A stretch of DNA of 64,000 bases. Source: Hyaloraphidium curvatum SAG 235-1 (taxonomy: Eukaryota > Fungi > Monoblepharomycota). The notes below the pieces were generated by a model that had not been told where the DNA came from, did not search any database, and worked only from the letters and a program-made list of their open reading frames with translations. How positions within the stretch are numbered: the stretch's first letter is position 1; every line of letters starts with the position of its first letter. The stretch covers positions 372,001 through 436,000 of the forward strand of contig JAIVFI010000018.1 in the NCBI GenBank assembly GCA_025558095.1. The letters run 5' to 3'. A program made the position numbers and the translations under genes. This document shows positions 11,153 to 21,815 of this stretch, piece by piece.

Positions 11153-13005
11153 ATGGCAGAGGGGGGACTCGCCCCCCATGGGCCCTCGGAGCCCCACCGG
11201 ACAAACGGCGCGGCAACCCCGGATTTGGGGAGGTCCGCCAACGCGACACCGGAGCCCGGAAGCTCCGCCGACGATGCCTACGTCGGCACGTGGGGAGCCT
11301 TCTTCCGGGCCCTCGTTGCCTTCTCCGGCCCGGGATACCTCATCGCGAGCGGCTACATCGATCCGGGAAACGTGGCAACGTCCCTCGCGTCGGGGAGCCG
11401 CTGGGGCTACGACCAGCTGAACGTCACGCTCATGGCCTCGAGCCTGGCCATGTTCCTGCAGTTCCTCTCGGTCAAGCTGGGCGTGGTGACGCAGAAGGAC
11501 CTGGCGGAGAACTGCAGGCAGCACCTGCCGTGGAAGCTCAACGTCCTGGTCTATATCCTGACCGAGTGCGCCATCGTGGCCACGGACATCGCGAACCTTC
11601 TTGGGGCGGCCATCGCGCTGAACCTCCTCTTCGGCCTGCGCCTCGAAGTCGCCGTCGGGCTGACCGCCGTGGATGTTCTCATGATGCTCTGGGGCTGGAA
11701 CGCGCGCTTCGCCAGGGCGTTCGAGCTCGTGACCATCGGGCTCGTCATTGCCGTCGGGCTCTGCTTCGCCGTCCTCACCTTTGAGGCCCAACCCGACGGT
11801 GCCTCAATCTTCTTCGGGTTCCTGCCGAACAAGACGCTGCTCAACCCAGAGGCGCTCTACTATGCCGCGGCCGTGACTGGAGGTGAGAGAACGACGCCTT
11901 GAGATGTGCTCTTTCGATTCAACGTCTGCCACCTCAAGCGATCTGCATGCCGCACAACCTTATCCTTGCCTCCCATTTGGTCAAGTGAGTTCGCGAGCCG
12001 CTCACAGATTTGTGTGATCCCGAGCAAACGCCCTCGCAGGCTCCGCTCGAACCGCGAGGCCATGAAGGATCATGCGGGGACCCTTCGATTCACCGAAGAC
12101 GGCGTGGAGGACGAGCCCATGCCCGCATCGCCCACCTCCCCGGGCAGCACGATCGTATCCGTCGAGCGCGAGCAGGAGCCGTTGCCCGCCAGCTTCAGAA
12201 CCCTGATTCCCTACGTCGTCCGGATGTCCAACCTGGATTCGATCATCGCCCTGACTCTGGCGCTCCTCAGTACGTCGTGCGAGCGGAACCGCGACCGCGA
12301 CTGACGTGTTCCTTCCGGTGCCAAGTCAACAGCCAGATTCAGATCGTCGCTTCGGCCGCCTTCTACCCGAACGAAATCAACGAGATCCCCGAGGCGTACC
12401 ATCTGTTCTTGAAATCTTTCGGCGCCTTTGTCGCCAACATCTTCGCGGTCGCCTTGCTCATCTCCGGAATAGGATCTTCGATGACCGGAACCCTCGCCGG
12501 TATGCCCGCGGCAGAACATCGTTGCGCGCGCGGGACTGACGAGCCCACCCCAGGCCAGGTTGTCATGGAGGGGTTCCTCGGCCCGAGCTTCTTCAAGCTC
12601 CAGGCCTGGCAGCGGCGTCTTCTCACACGAGCGGTCGCCATCGTGCCTGCGATGCTCTCTGTGCTCCTCAAGGGCGAGGAGGGCGTGGCCGAGCTGCTCG
12701 TCCTCTCGCAGGTCGTGCTGGCGCTGCAGCTGCCCTTCACGGTCGCCCCGCTCGTTTACTTCACTTCGAGCGCGGCCATCATGGGGGTCCGCATATCTGC
12801 AAGTCGGACAGGGCGCGGAAGGAGGGCGAATGGCGCGGACGCGTCGCCGGGGCTGCACCCGGACGAAAGGACTCCCCTGGTACCGGCGGAAACCGCCACC
12901 TTCGAGAACCGAGGTGCCGTCAAGGCCGCGGCAGTCTTCTGTTCGCTGCTCATTTTGGGTTGCAACTGCATCCTCTTGTATCAAACTCTGCGGAGCAGTA
13001 CATAA
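11153..13005 (+). CDS. NRAMP/SMF-family divalent metal transporter (multi-exon)
   Basis: GYIDPGN motif, MPHNLIL.SH, TGTLAG/QVVMEGFL, LTRAVAIVPA, SQVVLALQLPF. The start is approximate. Confidence 0.9.
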
Positions 13006-13476
13006 GAGATGTCCGCGCGCCAACGCTTGCAACACGGTCGGACCTGTGGCGGAAGAAAAGTCGTCAGTTCGCTGTTCGTCCGACTCTTCTCCACCACCGC
13101 ATCGTTCTCCAGGAGTCAGTGGGGTCACTGGCAAGTGTTCAACGGCAGGTACAGTATACCTCCGCGCATAGCTTTCAGCATAGTCGATAAGCTGGGGAAA
13201 GAATTGTGTCCTCATTCTCCTCGCGAGCGCCACAGCGCCCGCCCTTCCTCGTCCCGCCGCTATACTCACGGTCGCGTGGTGTTGGAAGAAAAGTGTGCAG
13301 CGGCCACGGATGATCACACGTTGCTTGTTGTTAGTAACGTTGCTTCTTGCTTCTTGCGAGAGAAGTGTATATTCGCGGGTATCTACTCTACGTCAATACA
13401 TCAAAAGGTATGTTGGCGTTGGATGGCGGGGACTAGGGGGAGGGAGAAGGGGAGACAAAGGAGAAGGAACGAGTGA

Positions 13477-14876
13477 TCACCAATTCTTCTCAAAGGCCTT
13501 TCTGGCGAGGGAGATGTTGAGCTGGGTCGCTGCCGATTCTGCAGATGGAGCGTGCCAAGTCAGGCGGGGGTTCTCGGGCGATCGTGGCGAGTTTCTCTCA
13601 CGAATCGTGGGATCGGACACAACGACCAAAACATACGTGCTCGGTGTGAGCACGTCGATGAAGGCCGCGAACTGCGCGTTTCGCACTTCCATGGCCTGAA
13701 ATTGCGACTGCCATTTGCTGCGATCGGTGTTGGTATCTTCGCTCCGGAGGGTCGCGGGCGATCGGCCTACCTGCAGCTCAGCTTGAACTGCTTGATGATG
13801 TTGGATATCTTCTCGAACCGATGGATGTCCTGGAACTGCTTCCGAGTCGAATGTGCGATGACGAGGAAAGTCGCCCGCTCGAAGAGCACGACCTCGTCGG
13901 CCTCGCAAATGGCTCCGAAGTTGTTCAGGTTGTGCTCCAGGGTTTTGACATTCGGGATGAGCGTGTAGACGATGGAAGACCAAGCCTGGATAGGGTAAGC
14001 AGCCGCGACCGCAATACAAGGCCGGCGCTAACCTTGTAAAGCGTCTCATCCCATATCGACGTCTTGAAGCACGTCACTTCCAGCGGCAACGATCGTCGTT
14101 TGAGCTCTGTTTCTCGCGCCAAGAAGATCTGGAACGCGGCAGAGAACACGTCACGACACGAAGTGGCGGTCCATTCCGACTCGACAAACCGCGTCGCGCT
14201 GCTCCTCCGGGACGAGATCCATCTTATGGATGAGGCAGAAGACCTTGGCGTCCTTCGAGTTCTGCGCGATGGCGTCCAGGATCTGCTGGTAGTAGTGCAG
14301 GTCCTTGTCGATCTCCCTCGACTCCACGTCGAACACGTAGATGAGAACCTCCACGTGACGGAAGATCGTCTCCCGCTGGGATCCAATAAAGCTCTCCAGG
14401 AATGCTTCTTGCCTATGAAAGGGGATCCGCGTCGGCAATCCGAGTTGCGCACTTCGAACAGGACATACCCTCCACTGGGAGGAGAAGTCAGACAAATCGA
14501 CTCGCCACGGACTCGAGAACCCACCAATCCCAGAGATTCAGCACAAGGTTGCCCAGAAACCGCACGTGAGAGTGCTCGACATCAACTGCAGGCCGTTGGT
14601 CACATCGATGTCAAGCCAGAGTCCAGCAGCGCGTACTCGTTGCCCCTAGTCTCCGAGTGTCCCGAGCAATGTAGTTGGCAAAGATTATAGACCTCATCGA
14701 CGTCTTCCGGCACGGGATATCAGCTGGCGTACCACGGAGACAGTGCTCCGACCCGACCTTCCCCGACCCGCTCTTCCCCATCAGCAGAACCTGCAGGATG
14801 GCCGGGATCCACCGATGAGCAAACTCCCGACTACGAAGAGGGCGATTCGCGGCACCTTCTTCTTCACTGTCGCCAT
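13477..14876 (-). CDS. GTR1: Rag GTPase RagA/Gtr1 (multi-exon)
   Basis: Spliced [67 protein letters not shown]..., then [34 protein letters not shown]. Confidence 0.95.
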
Positions 14877-15025
14877 TCTCGTCCGAGATAACGGAATCGT
14901 TGCCGTGACCGTCTCAAAAGCCAGCGAATAGTGGCGACGGCATTGTTCCGCCCCCATTCAGGCCGCCGAATGCCACTGAGAACACAACTGAATGAATTGT
15001 ATTTGATTTAGGCTTGCCAGTCGGA

Positions 15026-16383
15026 ATGGCCACGGACTCCGGGGGTACAGCCCCCGCTTCGTCGGGGGGAAGGACGTACGGACGCGCTTGGCTCGCTTCA
15101 CGCTTGCAGACGCTCCGGGACCAGCTTTCCCTGTCGGAACCGGAAGGCAATGTAGTGGACGAGATTGCCATGCCGATGCTCATCACGCTGGCGTCGGCCC
15201 GCAACGCTCTCATGCTCTACATGGGACCCGACGAGCAGCCGACCACGTTCGCCGGCCTCGTCGCCGCAGTGGCCCGAATAGGGTTCGGCATGACCATGTC
15301 GGCTGTTTCGGTGGACGCCACCACCACGGCCCAGGACTTTGTGGACCGTCTCTTTGCCCCGCCAACGAACGGGGGCAAGAGTTCCCCGACGCGGGAGTAT
15401 GCCACAGACCCCTTCTTCCCCGCGTCTTCCCTCCCTTCTGGTGCTGCAATGGGCGCTGACGGGCGGGCGACGCCTTCTGTGGCAGCCCAGCGCATCTTTG
15501 AGAAGCCGCCCCTTTCCCCGGGGCGGAACCCGTCGGTCTCTGGGGGGTCGCGGCCTAGTCTCGTGCCGGGAATGAACAGAAAGTACAGCGGTATTGCCGC
15601 CGCCCCGAGGAAGCTGCCGGGAGTGGTGCTCGTGTGGAACATCCAGTTCGCCTCGAAGGAGCTGCAGGCCTTTCTCTTTGACGTGCGTTTCCTGTGGTGA
15701 GGAGCCCCAGCTCGTGCTCATGCCGGCTCCTTAGGCGCTGGAAAGCAAGCAGTTGCCCGATCGATCGCAGGTGCACGCGTTGCCGCAACCCTTCTTGTTG
15801 GTTGCTGTCCTACCGGCCTCTTTGGCCGAGAAGAGGATCGGGCTTTCCCTTGAATTGGTGCGAACCGCTGCATACTGGCTTGCGCTAGTGGTTGACCACC
15901 CACTCAACCCCAGACCGACATGATCTTCCTCTCCAACACCCTGGAAAGTGTTGCGCCTCAAGTGGCACTCCCCCCGGATGTGCTTGCCTCTCCCACCTTT
16001 ACCACCGAGGTGAGTCCTGCTGCGGCCGTTGCTACAAGACGATCTGAACGCGTTTTCTCCAGGACATCGACAGCATGAAGGCCCGAGCCGGGCGGGTCTT
16101 TTTCCACACCGATCTCGAACGCTACGCGTGGGATCTTACCGTCGCCGTGCGGCAGCATCGCCTGGTGTACACGCCCCCGACGCCGCAGGGAAGGGAGGAC
16201 TTTTTTCTGGTGATCCGCACCGCGGCAGCGTTGTTTGGCTACAACTTCGTCACCGCCACCCACGTGCGGCTCGCGTACGACAAGGCGGTCGCGCACAGAA
16301 TAGTTCTGAAGGAGAATCACGGCGACGTCACGCCCATGGAGGTGGTCTCGGACTGCTTGGATAGCGTGCCGACGCCTCTGTAA
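15026..16383 (+). CDS. Hypothetical protein, possibly a degenerate AAA+ (ChlI/MoxR lid-like) fold (multi-exon)
   Basis: Consecutive + strand ORF segments separated by intron-like GT..AG gaps. The C-terminal FVTATHVRLAYDKAVAHRIVL resembles an AAA lid. No clear Walker A. Confidence 0.5.
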
Positions 16384-16405
16384 ATAGCGTGCCGACGCCT
16401 CTGTA
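16361..16405 (+). repeat. Perfect 22-bp direct repeat (ATAGCGTGCCGACGCCTCTGTA x2, period 23)
   Basis: Copies at 16361-16382 and 16384-16405. Confidence 0.95.
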
Positions 16406-16464
16406 CAGCAGGTTGGAGGTCATGCTGACTCCGCACCGCCGCCGGGCCGACCCTCAAACCGAAA

Positions 16465-18484
16465 ATGCCCCGTCCTCCGCATCCCTTCAGCCTGGCGACC
16501 CTGCTGAGGTCCGCCTTCCCTTTCCGTGCTCTCGCGCTCGCCGATGCGGCCGCAGCTGCGCCGGCGAAGTCCCGAGCGCCGCGACGAGGCCCCGACGCTC
16601 GTCATGTTCACACCCCGCCGGTGACGTTGGCGGTGCCCCCTGCAACGCAACGGCGGCGCCATGCCACCGTGGCAGCGAATTCTGCTGCGGCCGAAGCAAC
16701 GCCGGCTTTTGCCGCCGCCGCATCTTCCTCGGAGGCGGCAGAAGAGACCGGCCCTTTGCCGCTTTTGGACTCCCTCGTTGCCAACGGAACTTTCCGGCAT
16801 GACCCGCGGCAACGGGAACTGACGGGAGTGCTGCAGGAGCTCCATGAGGAGCTGCTGGAATACGACCCGCCGGCAGAGAAGGTGGAGGACGCCCCGGCAC
16901 CGCTCTTCAGTCGGGTGGGAATCATGTTTCGGCTGCACGAGGGCTCTTGTCTTACCGGGCTGTTGTGGGCAGTTGACGTCGATTTTCTCGGGGAACAATG
17001 ATTCGTCCAAGACGGAGCCGGAGTACGGGCCGCGGGGAATGTACCTTTACGGCGACGTCGGCACTGGTGAGGCCGTAGACGCCGGGTTGGGGCGGTGTAC
17101 GGTTCGGCTTACCATGTGCCTTCGCTTTCAGGCAAAACGACACTCATGGATCTGTGAGAACCCTTCCGGAAATGGTTATGGCGTCACGGAGGTCGCTGAT
17201 CAACCGCTCCCGCGCGCCAGCTTCTTCAACGCGGCCCTAACGAAACGGAAGCGGAGAGCACACTTTCACGGCTTCATGATCGACGTGCACAAGCGGATGC
17301 ACGCCTACAAGATCAGCAAGGGCACCAAGTACGACGCGGTGCCCGACGTCGCCCGTGACCTCGCGAAGGAGGCCTGGTTGCTCTGCTTTGACGAGATGCA
17401 GGTCACGGACATTGCTGGTGGGCCGCCCATGGGCACCCCGTTCACCCGGTATCTGACGGACGGGTCCTTGGCAGACGCCATGATCTTGCGGAGGTTGTTC
17501 CAGGAGCTGTTTGAGCGGGGCGTGGTCCTCGTGGCGACCTCGAACCGGCATCCGGACGGTGGGTGTCGATTGGATCGCAGCTTCTTTCACCGAACTGACA
17601 CTGGATCGTGGGATGTGGCGTGCGTGGCAGACCTGTACAAGAACGGGATCCAGCGCCAATCCTTCATCCCCGCGATCGAGCTGCTCAAGGAGCGCTGTCG
17701 GGTCGTTCCCCTGGACACCGGGACCGACTACAGAAAGACGAAGCAAAAGTACATCCAAGTGTACTTTACGCCCCTGAACGCGGCCACGAAGGAAAAGGTC
17801 GACGAGCTGTGGAAGGGCCTGACGAAACAGCTCAAGGAGGGACCGGTCACGCTGGATGTCTGGGGCCGGAAGCTGGTGGTCCCGCGCGCCGCGGGCGCGC
17901 ACGCCAGGTTCACGTTCCGTGAGCTGTGCGGGGAGGCGCGGGCCGCGGCGGACTACATCGAGATTGCCCGGCGGTACCAGACGGTGGTGCTCACCGACGT
18001 GCCGAAGATGTCGGTGAACGAACGGAACCAAGCGCGCCGGTTCATCACGATGCTGGATGCCTTCTACGACAACAAGGTCAAGCTCATCGTGTCGGCCGAG
18101 GCGCAGATGGGGAAGCTGTTTTCGCTGGAGGATCGGCCCGCCAAGGAGGACCATGCCCAGAAGAAGACGGACCGTTTGAGGAAAGACCTGGGGCCGGAAG
18201 GCCCCGACAGGACGGCGCTGTTCAACAAGCTGGATCTCGTGCCCGCCGCAGAGGTTCCGGTGGGTGGTGGTGTGCCTCCGTTGATGCTGTCTGCTGACGC
18301 CGTCGTCCAGTTCGTGGACCTCAAGCCCGATCCGAACGAAAAGGCGGCGGCCCAGAAGACGCACGACGAGGAGCTGTTTGCCTTCCAGCGCGCCGTGTCG
18401 CGGCTGGCCGAGATGCAGTCCACGGCCTGGCTAGGACCGAAGCTGGTCCAGATCTTGACGGAAATGGAGGACGACGAAGATTAA
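16465..18484 (+). CDS. AFG1: AFG1/LACE1 (ZapE-family) mitochondrial ATPase (multi-exon)
   Basis: [74 protein letters not shown]. Confidence 0.93.
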
Positions 18485-18627
18485 TTGCTCCCTAGCTGGC
18501 ACCGCTGAGACTCTACATTGGTGCGCGAACGGACATTGACTCTAACCGCGCGGCGGAAGGGTGATGCGTCCCCGCCGATGTTCCCTATGTAGCTTTGCTG
18601 CGGAGGTCCGCGAACGAAGACTAGAAG

Positions 18628-19395
18628 CTACGCCTCCAAGAGCTGCTCGATCAGGCCCTTGAAGAACTCCTGGTGTTCGATCCGTCAGGTACGCGTAGGT
18701 TGGCAGGAGTGAATGCGCTCACCACGTCGCGAGCGCCCGCAAGCCGAAATTTGCCCTGAAACACGAAGGTGGGGACAGCCACGATGCCGCGCGTCTTGTG
18801 GATCCACATCTTCTGGTCGATCGCCCGCTCGTACTCGTCGCTGTCCAGGATTGCCGCGGCCCGGGCCCGGTCCAGCCCGCTGTCCTCCACCGCCTGCAGG
18901 AGAACCTCATTGTCTCCGACGTCGCGTCCTTGCTCAAAGTATGCCCGGAACAAGAGCTCGACAAGCCGATCGCGCTTCTCCTTGTCCGTCTCCTGGGCCC
19001 ACTCGATCAGCCGGTGGGCATCCAGCGTGTTGGACGTGACGCCCTCGTGCGTGTACTCGACGCCGACTTTGGAGAAGGCCAGGCTGAGCTTCTCCACCAG
19101 TCGGACCGCCTCCGACTTCCCGAATTTCGAATCGTAGGCGTCCTTCTTGCTGATCGAGCTCCCCTTGCGGAGATCAGGGTCCAGGAAGAAGGGCTGATAT
19201 TCGACAACGAAGGTCGCCTTGTCCTTCATCTCCTCCATGGCCGCGAACAGCTGGCGCTTCGCGACAAAGCACCAAGGGCATCTGGAACGTGCTGGTGTCC
19301 TCAGGCGAGCCCCGGGTGCGCGGCCGTTCGACGTACATCACGTCGCTGATGATCTGGATCCGGATCGTCGGCTTTTCTGCCTCCTCCGCCGCCAT
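18628..19395 (-). CDS. DSBA-like/FrnE thioredoxin-fold oxidoreductase
   Basis: IISDVM|CPWCFV, NTLDAHRLI, LFRAYFEQG, GIVAVPTFVF. Confidence 0.88.
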
Positions 19396-19607
19396 TGTGT
19401 CGTGGTGTGTAGTGGTTGTTTGGGAGACGTTCGAGCCTCTCCCTCCGATTCCTGACCCAGGCCCGCCGAACTCGGCCGACCTCTCTAGTCACCAGCAGAG
19501 CTGCCGAGGGTATCACTCCATTTCAATCAGCTAGAAACATGCCCATCAGTAGGGCCTGTACAACTAGGGTACCCGAATCATCCGACAGAGCCACAGAGAC
19601 GCGCCGT

Positions 19608-20117
19608 TCATCCCTCCCGCGGTGCTTCGCGCGGTTCGCGGTTCAGAATGTCCCCCGGCGGCAGCTTCAGCACGTTGCCTGGGCACGGAAACTTCAGCCC
19701 TGGCGTTGCGGGGAGGGCATGCCGAGACCCACCCTGATTCCGCACGCTGTAGACAAAGAACACGATTGCGTCCTTCTCGTTGATCTCCAGCGACTCGTAG
19801 TGCTTCTGAACAATGTCCGCCAGCTCCTCCTGCGGCGTGTTGGGCTTGACCTTGAGCTTGAACGCGCGCTTGTAGCGCCAGAGGGTCTGGAGGTCCATGG
19901 AGACAAAGTCGACCTGGCCGGGCGCCGCAACGCGTCAGCGCGTTCCAGTCACGGAGCCACGGGAGCCGCGGGGTCCGCAGGCCGCTAGCCGTGTGCCCCG
20001 GTCGCCGTCGGGGTGCGTGCTCCGTTGGCCGGTCTCTCGCACCTTCGGCAGCTCGCCCGGGCCGAGCTCGTAGCCCGGCTTCTTGCCCGGGCCGGGCTTC
20101 TTGGCCACTTTCTGCAT
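19608..20117 (-). CDS. SAP30: SAP30-like Sin3-binding subunit
   Basis: VDFVSMDLQTLWRYKRAFKL..LADIVQKHYE..INEKDAIVFFVYSVRN matches the SAP30 Sin3-binding domain. Confidence 0.8.
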
Positions 20118-20253
20118 CGCGGCAGCTCCGGCCCGGTCCCCCTGCCTGTAGTTGAGTACCCAGATGCGACCAATCCCTGCTGGAACCGACGAATCTTTCC
20201 TTCACGTGCCGCTCCACAATCTCTTACTCCGCGGGGAGCGCGCGGCCGGGGCG

Positions 20254-21659
20254 ATGAGCGGCTGCGTCGCGGCGGCGGACGGACTGCCGCACTCGCCGCT
20301 GCAGAAGCTCTCGCTCCACGTCGCCGCGCGAGGCGCCGTTCCCCGGGGCCCGCCGCCGCACCCGCTCGCCGGCGCCCGCCTCGCACGCCGCCCGCAGCGC
20401 CCGGCAGACGGCAATCGCGACGGCGACGCGCAGTGGCGGGCGTTTGCCGGGGCCGCCGGGCCCGGGCGCCCGGAGAGGCCGCTCGATGGCGCCGGTTTCT
20501 CCCGATACCTGCCAGGCGCCCTCGGCCCGCACGCCCCGGTGCCGTCCCTGGCGTCCGATTGGGCCGCAGACTTTGACGACTTTGCCGGCCGTCGATCGCC
20601 GGGGCTGGCCGCCCGCGATGACGCCGTGCTGCGGGATGCCCGGGCGGGTTCGGTGGGCAAGGGCCGACCGGGCGGGGACCTCCACCGCGATGCTCCCCTG
20701 CCGTCGGCGGACATCCAAGGCGCGCTAATGGATCTCGAAGACGACGAATTCAGCCACGAGGTGGGGATCCCGGCAGCCGGCGTTCGTGCTCGTGAGAAAT
20801 TGTTGATCACCCCCCCCCCCCCCCCCCCCCGCGCCCCCCCCCCCCCCCCCCCCCCCTCAAGTGGTCGAACGAGACCCTCACGGAGCAGGCCCGGATCGCC
20901 CAAGGGGACGTGTCGCCCTTTTGGGCTCCGCAGGCCCGGCCGGCCGAGGCTGCAAGCCCTTGGCGGCTGCCGGCCCACTTGCACGCCCCGGCTCCGATCC
21001 ATCTTCACCCCTTCAACCCCTCTCCCTTTGCGCGTCCGAGCGACCCGACGTACATCCACCTCACAAACTCGTTGCTGGAACGTCTGGAGATCCGCGCAAA
21101 GGAAGCTGCGGACGCTTCTTCGCTGCCGGACGGCGGCCCGAGCGACTTGGACGCCGCCTGGGAAAGGGCCCTCGGCATGCTGGCATTCCGCGGGCCGCAG
21201 CCGGAAGCATCCGCACCGGAGCGCAGGACGTGTGCCGCGTGGGACGAGGGCCTGGCTCTCGCAGAGGAGGCGGATCGGGGCTCGGGCGGGCTGCGCACCG
21301 ACGGCGGGTCCGGCGGTGACCGGACGCGGTTGTTTGTGGCCGGAGACTGGGACTGGGAGCGCGTGTTTGGGCTCAAGGGGCCGGTCGAGCCGCCGGAGCA
21401 GCACGATGCGCTGGGGGCGGCGCTGCGACGGATGCAGCGCATCCTGGCGCAGTTCCGCGGACTAGCGCCCACAAAGGCGGATGGGGAAGGACCGGAGGGG
21501 CTGAGGCTCTCTTTCCAGGCGTTCTTGGCCGAGGCTGCGGCGAGGGAGGCGGGCGATCTGCGTAGTTTACACGTGGCGAGCGCTCGGTTGGAGACGATGC
21601 CGGCGGCGGACGAGATAGGGCGAAGATGGTCGCCCGAGTCTTTCGATTCTGTATCCTGA
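20254..21659 (+). CDS. Hypothetical protein, candidate Pex20/Pex5-N-like peroxin (intron 20761-20861)
   Basis: N-terminal MSGC..SPLQKLSLHV, WxxxF motifs WAADF and WERVF, no TPRs. A phase-0 intron joins the two ORFs. Confidence 0.5.
20810..20856 (+). repeat. Poly-C tract (C21-GCG-C23) inside a predicted intron
   Basis: Seen directly, just upstream of the AAG acceptor at 20859-20861. Confidence 0.9.
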
Positions 21660-21815
21660 TCATAGACCGCCATGGATTTGACTAGATCTTGCTGGAAAAA
21701 GCATGGCGGGACGAGGGCGGGTTTGCCGCTGACTGCGTGCGGGGGACGGCTCCAATTTCAGCCGGCGCCGAAACGGACAATCCAAACTTGTCCCCCGCGC
21801 CGGCCTCCTGCGGCC

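Noticed and set aside
13006-13476. Lower-GC gap between the NRAMP gene and GTR1, with a 155-aa ORF and a small hairpin near 13319-13340
   Set aside because: No recognisable protein or RNA motif. It may be 3' UTRs or unresolved terminal exons.
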